Origin: Escherichia phage ECP_WGS_SA1
Reading direction: 5' to 3' (one strand)
Length of the DNA: 64,000 bases
Sequence record: PQ604604
Numbering within the stretch: position 1 is the first letter of the stretch; the number at the start of each line of letters is the position of its first letter. The notes under the pieces were generated by a model. That model did no database searches. It was not told where the DNA came from and was given only the letters and a program-made list of their open reading frames with translations. Shown here piece by piece: positions 9,031-18,475 of this stretch. The translations under genes and the position numbers were made by a program.

Positions 9031-9245
9031 CAGTCTTCACCTTGAGATTCCAGACAAGTAAGAACAAGCCACGTCATCGGAAGAATCAAAACCAGAGAAA
9101 TAAGGGACCAGATGGACCAGCACAAGATGACAGACTTGAATGTGTGAACGTCGCCAAACGCAGCAGTGAAACAAAATCCCATCACGAAAGCAAGCACAGT
9201 GGAGTGATTATCAATAGCTTTGATGGCACGGTCAATGAGTTTCAT
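9030..9245 (-). CDS. Small protein with two predicted transmembrane segments, 71 aa (holin-like topology)
   Basis: Two hydrophobic stretches and a charged C-terminus in the translation. Confidence 0.4.
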   Translation of the reverse strand: MKLIDRAIKAIDNHSTVLAFVMGFCFTAAFGDVHTFKSVILCWSIWSLISLVLILPMTWLVLTCLESQGED

Positions 9246-9422
9246 ATTACCTCCGGTTTTGAGTTAATATGATTATAACGCAGAGCTTCAGAAAGGCAAA
9301 CTTTTTGTGAATTTANNNTAAAAAAATGGCCAGANNGNNTCTGGCCAAAAGATCACCCTTTATCCACTACTAAGCTGGAATCATAATTTTACTTGATATA
9401 GCTGTCGCAAGCAAACTATAAT

Positions 9423-10883
9423 ATGAATAAAATATTAACACATAATTGGAAAGTCATGTACCAGTTGAATCCTGCTTTAAGAGAAGTCTGGAAGACGAAA
9501 GCGCGATACAAAGTTATATACGGCGGTCGTGCATCTTCCAAATCGCATGATGCCGCTGGTTTTGCTATTTATTTGGCGGCAAATTTTAAATTAAAATTCC
9601 TTTGCGTTCGACAATTCCAGAACAAGATTTCTGAATCAGTATATACGCTATTAAAAGACAAAATAGAAATTTCTGATTTCAAAGATGAGTTCAACTTATT
9701 AAAGAACTCCATTGAACACAAAAGAACAAAATCTGAATTCTTATTTTACGGTATCGCACGCAACGTTGACGAAATCAAATCAACAGAAGGTGTTGACGTT
9801 CTTTGGCTTGAAGAAGCGCACGCGCTGACTGAAGAGCAGTGGGATATTATTGAGCCGACAATTCGTAAGGAAGGGTCCGAAATATGGATCATATTTAACC
9901 CTGATGAAGAGGCTGATTTCGTCTACCAGAACTTTGTTATGCGACCGCCTAAAAATGCCATCGTTAAGAAAATTAACTGGCAGGACAATCCATTCTTGTC
10001 GCAAACAATGCTGGACGTTATCGCTGGCATGTATGAGCGCGACCCGAAAAAGGCAGAACACGTTTATGGCGGAGTACCGAAGACAGGCGGCGACAAGTCG
10101 GTCATCAACCGTGCATTCGTCAAGGCCGCGCTAAACCTCCACAAACACCCTACGTTGGGATGGAGGTTGTCAGGGTCTAACCGTATAGGCTTTGACGTGG
10201 CAGACGACGGCGACGACTTAAACGCCACAGCATTTGTCACGGGCAACGTATTGCGCGGCATCAAGACATGGGAAGGTCTGGAAGATGAATTGCTTAAGTC
10301 CGCAAGCGGAGTTTGGAAAGATGCATTAACATTCGGCGCATCAATTACCTATGACGCCATCGGTGTTGGTGCATTTGCTGGTTCAAAATTTGATGAGCTT
10401 AATGAGTATGCAATCCATGAAAATCCAACATTCCCAAGAATCGAATTTAATGCGTTCAACGCGCAAGGTGCTGTTGATGATCCTGATGACGTCTTCCTTG
10501 AGTTACCACACGTTGAAATACTCAATAAAGACCATTTCGCAAACATAAAAGCGCAAAAATGGACTGAGATTGCCGAACGATTCAGGAAGACATATGAGTA
10601 TGCAACAGGGCAGGCCGTATACCCGACTGATGAGCTGATTTCCATCGACACAGACGGCATTCCAGAACTTGGGATTCCTGCTTGGTCTGCGGAAGAAATT
10701 GAGACATTTCTTTTTGAGATGTCAGCGCCGCGCAAAGACACGTCTGTGCTTGGTAAGTTTAAAGTTGAATCGAAAAAGGATATGGCAAAGCGTGGAGTCA
10801 AATCGCCTAACAAAGCGGACGCAGCAATCATGGCGTTGATGAAACCAATTGTTGCAGCATCCGGCTTCTTCTCTAACCTTTAA
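9423..10883 (+). CDS. Terminase large subunit
   Basis: N-terminal P-loop (YGGRASSKSH) followed by an acidic nuclease-type C-terminal half; sits immediately before the portal gene. Confidence 0.85.
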   Translation: MNKILTHNWKVMYQLNPALREVWKTKARYKVIYGGRASSKSHDAAGFAIYLAANFKLKFLCVRQFQNKISESVYTLLKDKIEISDFKDEFNLLKNSIEHKRTKSEFLFYGIARNVDEIKSTEGVDVLWLEEAHALTEEQWDIIEPTIRKEGSEIWIIFNPDEEADFVYQNFVMRPPKNAIVKKINWQDNPFLSQTMLDVIAGMYERDPKKAEHVYGGVPKTGGDKSVINRAFVKAALNLHKHPTLGWRLSGSNRIGFDVADDGDDLNATAFVTGNVLRGIKTWEGLEDELLKSASGVWKDALTFGASITYDAIGVGAFAGSKFDELNEYAIHENPTFPRIEFNAFNAQGAVDDPDDVFLELPHVEILNKDHFANIKAQKWTEIAERFRKTYEYATGQAVYPTDELISIDTDGIPELGIPAWSAEEIETFLFEMSAPRKDTSVLGKFKVESKKDMAKRGVKSPNKADAAIMALMKPIVAASGFFSNL

Positions 10884-10886
10884 CAA

Positions 10887-11126
10887 TTAAAGCATTCCGT
10901 GCTGAAGGTCGAGTTTTCTTGCGGCAAACGACCTGGCACGGAATCGCTTACCCGCCCTTACTGCCTGTCGAATCTTCTTTTGCAAACACTTACGATCAAA
11001 ATCGTTGCGGTCGACGGCTTCGAGTAAATCACGACGCAGAGCACCCAGTGTCGACTTTTCAGAGACTTCAACGCCCAGCGCGGCTGCAACGTCTTTCAAA
11101 ACATCGAGTTCGGTTAAAGTTCTCAT
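10887..11126 (-). CDS. Hypothetical small protein, 79 aa, basic C-terminus
   Basis: ORF antisense to the flanking morphogenesis genes; 4-bp overlap with 11123..11539. Confidence 0.45.
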   Translation of the reverse strand: MRTLTELDVLKDVAAALGVEVSEKSTLGALRRDLLEAVDRNDFDRKCLQKKIRQAVRAGKRFRARSFAARKLDLQHGML

Positions 11127-11539
11127 TTGATAATCCCCTTGATGTCTGATTCTGCCATAAAGATTGGAGTTCCGCCGCCAGGAACAATCGAGCGCGTGAC
11201 TTTATCAAACATATCGTTTTCTTCAACTTGAATACGATAGAATTTATTTTTGGATGAAGATGGGCACAATCCCATAAATTTGCCGATTCCGCGAACGCAT
11301 TCATCTTCAAAGTATACTGTTTCACCTTGAATTGAGTCGATGTTGTCTACTGGATAGACCTTGCGGCCCAACAACCACTCATCCAAAGTCGCCTGCAAGA
11401 CGTTGCGCGCATCTAAAATCCACGGGTCAATAATAGCACCTTCGTATCGCGCAGCAGTGGCCTTTGCCAGTTCTTCATATTCGCATACGTTAACGACTTC
11501 GCCTTTATGCAAGACGACAAATACAATTGTTGTGCTCAT
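11123..11539 (-). CDS. Hypothetical protein, 138 aa
   Basis: ORF with strong AGGAGA RBS. Confidence 0.5.
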   Translation of the reverse strand: MSTTIVFVVLHKGEVVNVCEYEELAKATAARYEGAIIDPWILDARNVLQATLDEWLLGRKVYPVDNIDSIQGETVYFEDECVRGIGKFMGLCPSSSKNKFYRIQVEENDMFDKVTRSIVPGGGTPIFMAESDIKGIIK

Positions 11540-11701
11540 TTCAATCTCCTTTCGTTTGGTTAACTAAAATATAACTCAAAATGATACAAAAGCAAAATAT
11601 TTTATGAACTATTTATGATCACCATACATATCATTTGCTTACAAACACATGAATATTTATAATATAGATTGATTCCCTTTCACTGTCAGGTGGCGTTAAC
11701 A

Positions 11702-14077
11702 ATGAAAATTCTTGGCATAAAACTCTGGGAGAAGACGCAACCAGAAGCCGAACCAGCGGAGATGCCGCCAGGCGACCCATTGGCACCGTTTGAACGCCTT
11801 GAAAGGCGCGGCAGCGGTCAACGCTGGGAAAAGACTGAAAGCAATCGACCTACCTTTAAAACGGTTGATGACTTCCCTTTGTATGAGCCTGATATTAATG
11901 GCGACGGTGTTGCTATCATAAAAGGTCGTTCAGTCGATTCCGCAACAGTATCCAAAAAAGTTATGGATAATGCCTTGAAGAACATCAGTTCAGAAGGGCA
12001 GGTCAACCCATACACAGTACCTATTCAACTTCAAAACTGGTATTTGTCACAGTCATTCATCGGCTATCAAGCTTGCGCAATCATCGCGCAGCACTGGCTG
12101 GTGAACAAAGCGTGTTCCATGGTAGGCCGCGATGCAGTCCGTAAAGGCTGGGAAGTCAAATCCAGTTCTGAGTCCGAATTATCAGTGCAGGCCAGCGAAC
12201 GCCTAAAGCAAATTGATAAAGAATTTAATATCAAAGAGCACTTAGTTGAAGCCGAACGATTCAAAAATATTTTTGGTATCCGCGTCATCATATTTGATGT
12301 GCGTAGCGATGACCCAGAATACTACAGTAAACCTTTTAACATTGATGGTGTGACAAAGGGGTCTTATAAGGGGATCATTCAGGTTGACCCTTATTGGATG
12401 ATGCCATTTCTGACGTCTGAAAACACCGCCGACCCTGCTTCACAGCACTTTTATGATCCAGAATACTGGGTGATCAGCGGACAACGTTATCATCGCAGCC
12501 ACCTCATAATATTGCGCAACGATGAGCCAGCTGATATTCTTAAGCCGACTTACATCTACGGCGGCATTCCTCTAACTCAGCAGATTTATGAACGCATCTA
12601 TGCCGCTGAACGTACCGCTAACGAAGCACCATTGTTGGCGATGTCTAAACGTACAACGACACTACGGACCGACGTTGACAAGGCGATTGCCAATGAGCGG
12701 TCTTTTGCCGAACGCCTGATGATGTGGATTAAGTACCGCGACAACTATGCTGTTAAGGTACTTGGCCAAAAAGAAGAAATGGACCAGTTCGACATCAACT
12801 TGTCAGACTTCGACAGCATCATCATGAACCAGTACCAGCTGGTGGCCGCAATCGCAAAAGTTCCGTCGACCAAACTGCTTGGTACTTCGCCAAAAGGCTT
12901 TAACGCCACTGGTGAATTTGAGATGGTCAGCTATCACGAAGAGTTGGAAACGTGCCAGCAGCATGACCTGACAAAAATTCTCGACCGCCATTACAAAATC
13001 CTTCTCAAATCAGAAGGGGTGGAAGTCGACGTTAAGGTTGCATGGGAACCAGTTGGCTCACTTACTGCTACTCAACTTGCAGAAATCAACGACAAGCGAG
13101 CTAACACTGGCAAAACTCTCATTGATGCTGGCGTCATTTCTCCTGATGAAGAGCGCGACCGCATCAAAGACGACAAAAACAGCGGTTACAACCGTCTGCC
13201 GGAAGATGCAGCAGAAGAAACCCCAGGGATGTCTCCAGAGAATATGGCATTGCTTGGCAAGTCTGCTGGTGAAGTCCTGCAAGGTAAGGCTGATATTGAA
13301 CAGGCAAAAGCTGATGTCGTTAAGATGGGCGGCCAGTTCTACAGTGAAACAGGTATTATGCCAGAAGGTGCCGCGCGTGGTGAGTTGGCGGAAAACCCTG
13401 ACAGAGCACCTGTCGAAATTAACATGGACGATACCGATGATGAATCAAACCATCAGGTTGATGTCCTAACGCAGTTGAAAGAAGGTCTGGAGGGTATTGC
13501 GGATTACTACCTGAAAGAAGGTCAGGATGTGGATTTTGACCCTCAAAAAGATTCACGGTCGGTGCAGCCGTCTACCCTTCCAAGCGTCAAAGGTAATGTC
13601 GTAAACTTACGACACAACGTTGGCAAGATGGACGCAGCATCATTACCTAAGATGAAGTTGCACGGAATGATTCTTGGGATTGAGAACCCTCGCAACAGCA
13701 TCCGTAGAGGAAATAGCCTTGACGGTGAATGGGCAGTCAAGATGCCGCACCATTACGGATTCATCAAAGGCACCAAGGGCGCGGACGGCGATGAAGTCGA
13801 CTGCTTTGTTGGCACAAATCTGAAGTCGCCGAAGGTCTTTATCGTGAACCAAAACGATAACTACTCTGGCGAGTTCGATGAACACAAGTGCATGCTTGGA
13901 TTCGATTCAGCAGAAGAAGCAAAAGAAGCTTATCAGGCATCATTTGGTAACGGTTGGAACGGATTCGACTCAATCCACGAATTAGATGTGAACTCATTCA
14001 AAGAGTGGTTGAAGGGTGATTGCTCTCAAGCATACGGAGCACTCAATAATCCTACTAATTCACCGAAGCAAGGTTGA
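11702..14077 (+). CDS. Portal protein with a C-terminal extension carrying an inorganic-pyrophosphatase-like signature (DGDEVDC at 13784-13804)
   Basis: Position between terminase and MuF-like gene; size; C-terminal YGFIKGTKGADGDEVDCFVG resembles the family I PPase motif. Confidence 0.6.
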   Translation: MKILGIKLWEKTQPEAEPAEMPPGDPLAPFERLERRGSGQRWEKTESNRPTFKTVDDFPLYEPDINGDGVAIIKGRSVDSATVSKKVMDNALKNISSEGQVNPYTVPIQLQNWYLSQSFIGYQACAIIAQHWLVNKACSMVGRDAVRKGWEVKSSSESELSVQASERLKQIDKEFNIKEHLVEAERFKNIFGIRVIIFDVRSDDPEYYSKPFNIDGVTKGSYKGIIQVDPYWMMPFLTSENTADPASQHFYDPEYWVISGQRYHRSHLIILRNDEPADILKPTYIYGGIPLTQQIYERIYAAERTANEAPLLAMSKRTTTLRTDVDKAIANERSFAERLMMWIKYRDNYAVKVLGQKEEMDQFDINLSDFDSIIMNQYQLVAAIAKVPSTKLLGTSPKGFNATGEFEMVSYHEELETCQQHDLTKILDRHYKILLKSEGVEVDVKVAWEPVGSLTATQLAEINDKRANTGKTLIDAGVISPDEERDRIKDDKNSGYNRLPEDAAEETPGMSPENMALLGKSAGEVLQGKADIEQAKADVVKMGGQFYSETGIMPEGAARGELAENPDRAPVEINMDDTDDESNHQVDVLTQLKEGLEGIADYYLKEGQDVDFDPQKDSRSVQPSTLPSVKGNVVNLRHNVGKMDAASLPKMKLHGMILGIENPRNSIRRGNSLDGEWAVKMPHHYGFIKGTKGADGDEVDCFVGTNLKSPKVFIVNQNDNYSGEFDEHKCMLGFDSAEEAKEAYQASFGNGWNGFDSIHELDVNSFKEWLKGDCSQAYGALNNPTNSPKQG

Positions 14078-14078
14078 T

Positions 14079-14930
14079 ATGGCTTTTAAGGCTTCGAAAA
14101 AACGTGAACGCCGCTCACCCGATAGAATCGGGCGCGGAAGTCCGATAATCCCATCAAACGCTATTGCGATGGCCTACCGTCGTGAGATGAAAGGTCTTTG
14201 CTATGCGATGATTGATGACTATCAGGCAGGCATTTCAGAATGGCTTGACAAGAAGCAGGTGCAGAAGTTTTTTGCGCAAGACTCTGCTGATTCGACATTC
14301 CAGACCCTTATGAAACGGCTGCAACTGAAATGGGCAAAGGCGTTTGCACGTGTTGGGTCGAAGATTGCCGCTGATTTTATCAAATCGGTCGAAAAGGGTG
14401 CCACTTCTGCTACATTCGCAAGCCTTAAGTCCGCAGGCATAGAAGCGCCAAAGGCCACATATAACAAATTCGTTGAGAACACTCTTAGAACAAGCGAGAA
14501 GTTTAACACGACTCTAGTGACTAAGGTCGGCGAGGATATTCACAACAGAGTGTACGAAGCAGTCATGCTTTCGCTGACTTCTCCCGACCCAGCCCAGCAA
14601 GGCACGTCAGGCATTCAGGCGGCATTGCGAAACGTAAAACACTTCTCTGCAAAGAGAGTCGACTTGATCGCTAAAGACCAGACAAGCAAATTGTATTGCG
14701 TTCTAAGCGATGAAAGGATGCGCCAGAATGGAGTCGAAGAATTTGAGTGGGCGCACTCAGGAGCAGGAAAGGAGCCGCGAATATCTCATGAACATGTCGA
14801 CGGAATGAGATTCAAACTTGATGACAAGCGACTATGGGAAGTGGGCGGAGAATTGAAGTTCAAAAAGGGTGACATCGGTCCTCCTGGATGGGCGATACAC
14901 TGCAAGTGCAGAAAAATACCAATCATTTGA
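14079..14930 (+). CDS. Head morphogenesis protein, Mu F-like
   Basis: Immediately follows portal; C-terminal region EFEWAHSGAG...HEHVDGMRF typical of MuF-like minor head proteins. Confidence 0.6.
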   Translation: MAFKASKKRERRSPDRIGRGSPIIPSNAIAMAYRREMKGLCYAMIDDYQAGISEWLDKKQVQKFFAQDSADSTFQTLMKRLQLKWAKAFARVGSKIAADFIKSVEKGATSATFASLKSAGIEAPKATYNKFVENTLRTSEKFNTTLVTKVGEDIHNRVYEAVMLSLTSPDPAQQGTSGIQAALRNVKHFSAKRVDLIAKDQTSKLYCVLSDERMRQNGVEEFEWAHSGAGKEPRISHEHVDGMRFKLDDKRLWEVGGELKFKKGDIGPPGWAIHCKCRKIPII

Positions 14931-14938
14931 GGTCATTA

Positions 14939-15858
14939 TGACGATACCAATCAGCACGTTTCCTCTATCTGGACAAACGCCAGTATTGCCTGCTGTATAT
15001 GCTAACGGCTTGGCGATTGTTTCAGAATTCACATCCGATAAAAACCTGATTGTTCCATTGAGTCCGCCATTGGCGTCTGGATACAATTCAGTTGGCCAAT
15101 TCTTTATGATCGGTAATGATGGCGATTCTACCAGCAAACCGAATCTGACACTTTCAGTTCCAAAAATGAACATAACAGACGTGCAGACTGGTTTAACTGC
15201 ATCTACAATCACCATCGCTTTTGGAGAAGCAGTGATTATAGGCATGGAGTCTGGAGGGTCCAAGAATGCTGTCGCCGTTAAGGTAGTCAAATCCAGCGGC
15301 AACCAATACACGCTACCAGCGGCAACGGCTTCTGTTCTCGGCGGCGTAAAAATAGGAAGTGGCATAAGCGTTGCAGGTGACGGTACAATTAGCGTTACTC
15401 AATACTCGTTACCGATTGCATCAGCATCAGTATTGGGAGGCGTAAAGGTAGGCACGACACTATCAATTGATGGTTCTGGAGTCCTTAATGCTGCAGCAAG
15501 CACTGTCCAAAACGCAAGCAATAGCGTAAGCAATCCTCCGACAACTTTGGTGAATCTGGCGACCTTAAACCTGCCTGCAGGGAAATGGCTTGTGACAGCA
15601 AGTCAGTTGACTGTCGCGACAGCAGGAGTTCAAGCGAATACCGGAATTACAGTCAAACTGTCAACAAGCAATTCAGATATTACGGATGATGCATTTACGA
15701 TGTCAGCTGGCATTCGTGCTGCAGGTCGTTTCGGCGGCAATATTCCAACAAAGATAATTACTCTTGCCGCGCCTGGCAACGTGTATCTAAACTATCAATG
15801 CACAGACGCATTGACATCTACCGTTTACGGACAGATCACCGCAATTAAGTTGAACTAA
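14939..15858 (+). CDS. Fibre-repeat protein (two copies of ASVLGGVK[IV]G)
   Basis: Tandem fibre-type motif read in translation; G/S/T-rich. Confidence 0.5.
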
Positions 15859-15868
15859 AGAGGAAGTT

Positions 15869-16006
15869 ATGCAAAAGATTATTCAGTCACGTTACGTTAA
15901 AGTGCGAAATATTAATTGCAACTCTTTGCTTTCTTGGAAATGGGCTGTTTACGACTCGATGATGATTGGCGTTTTAGTTGCTGGAGTGCTTTTTAATATT
16001 CACTGA
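15869..16006 (+). CDS. Possible small hydrophobic peptide, 45 aa
   Basis: Short ORF with AGGAAG RBS; below the length cut-off of the supplied ORF track. Confidence 0.25.
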   Translation: MQKIIQSRYVKVRNINCNSLLSWKWAVYDSMMIGVLVAGVLFNIH

Positions 16007-16050
16007 ATCGCCTGGCAATGGATTGCCGCAGGATTTTACGCGTATAATGA

Positions 16051-16313
16051 CGTATCATCCGTATCAAGTAAGTAGTTGTTTTCAAAAGAATCTTACGGAT
16101 GATACGGATGATACGCGTTGCCGCGATACTTTATAGGAATTCAAAAAAAATAAAATAAAATTATATATCTAATTTAATTTTATTTTTTTATAAACTCTTA
16201 TATATGAAAAGTATCCGTATCATCCGTATCATCCGTAGCACACCAGTGATAGCGCGGCTTATACACCGATACGGATAAAAATACGCCTCATTTTATCCGT
16301 ATCATCCGTATCA
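16051..16313. repeat. Iteron-like clusters of the 9-bp unit ATCCGTATC in both orientations (16051-16066, 16094-16115 reverse, 16211-16237, 16294-16313) flanking an AT-rich imperfect palindrome (about 16143-16189)
   Basis: Read directly; related copies at 71-132. Confidence 0.8.
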
Positions 16314-16422
16314 CACTAATTAAGGCGCGGCTATATCGGTTGTTATACATATTCAAACCATAATTATTGTTTGCCTAAGTTTTTTTCATTAGATATAATA
16401 CACAATACTTATTTGAGGGTGG

Positions 16423-17841
16423 ATGCGAATGCAAACGGCACGCGAAATTGACAAAAATGGATTCTTGACGATTGTGGGTTGTCCCATTTCGTCATTTGGC
16501 ATTTTTGATTATTCTGCAGGTCAGGTTGGACTTGATGGTGATCCGAATCGCATCGTAAAAGTTTATCGCCCAGAGTCAGCGGTGAAAGACCCCGAAGCGA
16601 TAGATTCATTCAAAAATATCCCTTTCATCGACAATCACGAAATGCTTTCTGGATTCGAAGGTGATGAGGATAACACAGCACCCGAAGAGTATGGCGTTGA
16701 TGGCGTTCTAACTGGCAATGTTTATTATGACAAGCCATGGATGCGCGGCGACCTTAAAGTTTTTAGCCGTCGTCTGAAGAAGGCCATCGATTCTGGAAAG
16801 GTTGACTTGTCTTTGGGCTATGACTGTGAATTCATCATACAGTCTGGAGAGTTTGACGGGCAGCCGTATGAAGTGGTACAGACAACTCTTCGCGGCAACC
16901 ACATTGCTCTCGTGGACGTTGGTCGAGTACCAGGTGCACGGGTGCTGGATGGTCGTTGCTTTGACCATCTTTGTTTGACGACTGTAACACCATCCAACGA
17001 GGATTTAGACATGCCAAAACCGTTAAAAGGTAAAGCGCGTGATAATGCTGTTGAACAGCTGAAATCACTGATCCCTGCGCTCGAACAATTTCTGAATGAA
17101 GAGAGCACCGAAGCTGCTCATCAGGACGAAGTTGAAGTGAAAGCAGAAGAGAAGGATTCAACCGAAGAACGTGAAGAAGTGATGGTTGATCCAGAAGTTA
17201 AAGCAGAAGCGGAAGAAACTCCAGAAGGTGAAGAGAAGTTTGAAGTTGAAACTGAATCTCACGCTGGCGGCGAGCTTCCGCAACTGATCAGCCAAATCGA
17301 AGCACTTATTGCAAAACTGAAAGGTGGCGCGGTAGGTGATGAAGAAGAAGTTGAAGCCGAAGTCAAAGACGAAGAAGTTGAAGTCAAGGCTGAAGACGTA
17401 TCACCTTGCGACAAAGCTGAAGATGTGGTTAGCGGCCTGCAAAACAGCAACGTAAAGGGGGCTTCGGTCGAAAAAGATGACAAACCGACAAAAGCGGCGA
17501 AAGCGTCGCCAGGTCCAGCAAAAGGGGAACACTCAATGGCATCTGATTCAGCAGTTGCTGCTTTCTACGCTGATTCTGCTCGTAAGAATAGCCTCTACCA
17601 GCGCCTGTCTAAAGTTGTTGGTGCCTTTGATCATGCAACTATGGACTCCAAGTCCGTAGCGAAATATGGCGCTAAAAAGTTAGGCTTGAAGTGCGTTGAT
17701 GGTGCTGAGTTTGACGTTGTGGATAACTATCTGCGCGGCGTTGAACACGGTCAAAAACAGCGTGTAGTCGCAAAACAAAAGGCCGCTGCGGATTCTGCAG
17801 CAACTGACGAAGCATTTGAAGCTTGGTTGAAAGGGGAATAA
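16423..17841 (+). CDS. Putative prohead protease/scaffolding protein with an acidic E-rich middle region
   Basis: Position before the capsid gene; low-complexity E/K/A-rich segment. Confidence 0.45.
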   Translation: MRMQTAREIDKNGFLTIVGCPISSFGIFDYSAGQVGLDGDPNRIVKVYRPESAVKDPEAIDSFKNIPFIDNHEMLSGFEGDEDNTAPEEYGVDGVLTGNVYYDKPWMRGDLKVFSRRLKKAIDSGKVDLSLGYDCEFIIQSGEFDGQPYEVVQTTLRGNHIALVDVGRVPGARVLDGRCFDHLCLTTVTPSNEDLDMPKPLKGKARDNAVEQLKSLIPALEQFLNEESTEAAHQDEVEVKAEEKDSTEEREEVMVDPEVKAEAEETPEGEEKFEVETESHAGGELPQLISQIEALIAKLKGGAVGDEEEVEAEVKDEEVEVKAEDVSPCDKAEDVVSGLQNSNVKGASVEKDDKPTKAAKASPGPAKGEHSMASDSAVAAFYADSARKNSLYQRLSKVVGAFDHATMDSKSVAKYGAKKLGLKCVDGAEFDVVDNYLRGVEHGQKQRVVAKQKAAADSAATDEAFEAWLKGE

Positions 17842-17843
17842 AC

Positions 17844-18461
17844 ATGACTTTCCAAACTAGTGTAGGCCGTCAATATACAACTGGCTTTCCTGGCGACATC
17901 GTTCGCGACGGCCCACAGCGTGGGAAGCCAGGCCGAATTGCCAACGCTAACGAAGGCGCAAACGTAAACGCCATCAGCCGTGTGTTCGGTTTTAAGACTG
18001 ACGTATCCTTAATGGGTACTGGTCAAACCAAAACTTTGGGCGCGCAGGACTTTGAAGTTGAGCTGGGCGGCACTAACTACTACGGCATCCTCGGCAATAG
18101 CAAGCGTTACGCGCTGTATGGCAACTCTACTGGTCCTTTGGGTGCCAGCATGGTTCTGCCTCAATATAGCGAAGGCGAGTTCTATGATATGTGCACGGGC
18201 CTCGTAGTTGAAGTATTCAACCCAAGCACCAGTCCGCAGACGCTTAACTATGGCGACCTGCTTGCTTATGTACCTAAAGGCATTTCCAGCGGTAACAACC
18301 CGAACAACTTGCCTATTGGTGCAATTATCGCCTATACTGGCTCATTGCCAACTGGCATGGTTGCCATCCCAGGCGGTATTGTGATTGACCCGACGACTAT
18401 TGCCCTTTCCGGCCCAAGCGTCCAGTCTTCCACTTATACCATTGTACAATTGACTCGTTAA
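17844..18461 (+). CDS. Hypothetical head protein, 205 aa
   Basis: ORF with AAAGGGG RBS; position in head module. Confidence 0.4.
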   Translation: MTFQTSVGRQYTTGFPGDIVRDGPQRGKPGRIANANEGANVNAISRVFGFKTDVSLMGTGQTKTLGAQDFEVELGGTNYYGILGNSKRYALYGNSTGPLGASMVLPQYSEGEFYDMCTGLVVEVFNPSTSPQTLNYGDLLAYVPKGISSGNNPNNLPIGAIIAYTGSLPTGMVAIPGGIVIDPTTIALSGPSVQSSTYTIVQLTR

Positions 18462-18475
18462 TAGGCAGGTGAATA

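Noticed and set aside
9320-9347. Hairpin TGGCCAGA-loop-TCTGGCCA preceded by an A-run
   Set aside because: The loop consists of ambiguous bases and no minus-strand gene lies to its right to be terminated; too uncertain to call.
9391-9425. TTGATA-18-TATAAT promoter abutting the terminase ATG, implying a leaderless transcript
   Set aside because: The -10 element ends one base before the ATG, so a transcript would start inside the coding region; more likely coincidental AT-rich sequence.
9780-10831. ORFs nested inside or antisense to the terminase gene
   Set aside because: Fully contained in a confidently called gene, no RBS, atypical composition.
15859-16422. CRISPR array as an explanation for the repeats
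   Set aside because: The repeats are 9-bp units in tandem and in both orientations with no regularly spaced unique spacers; no cas genes are present.
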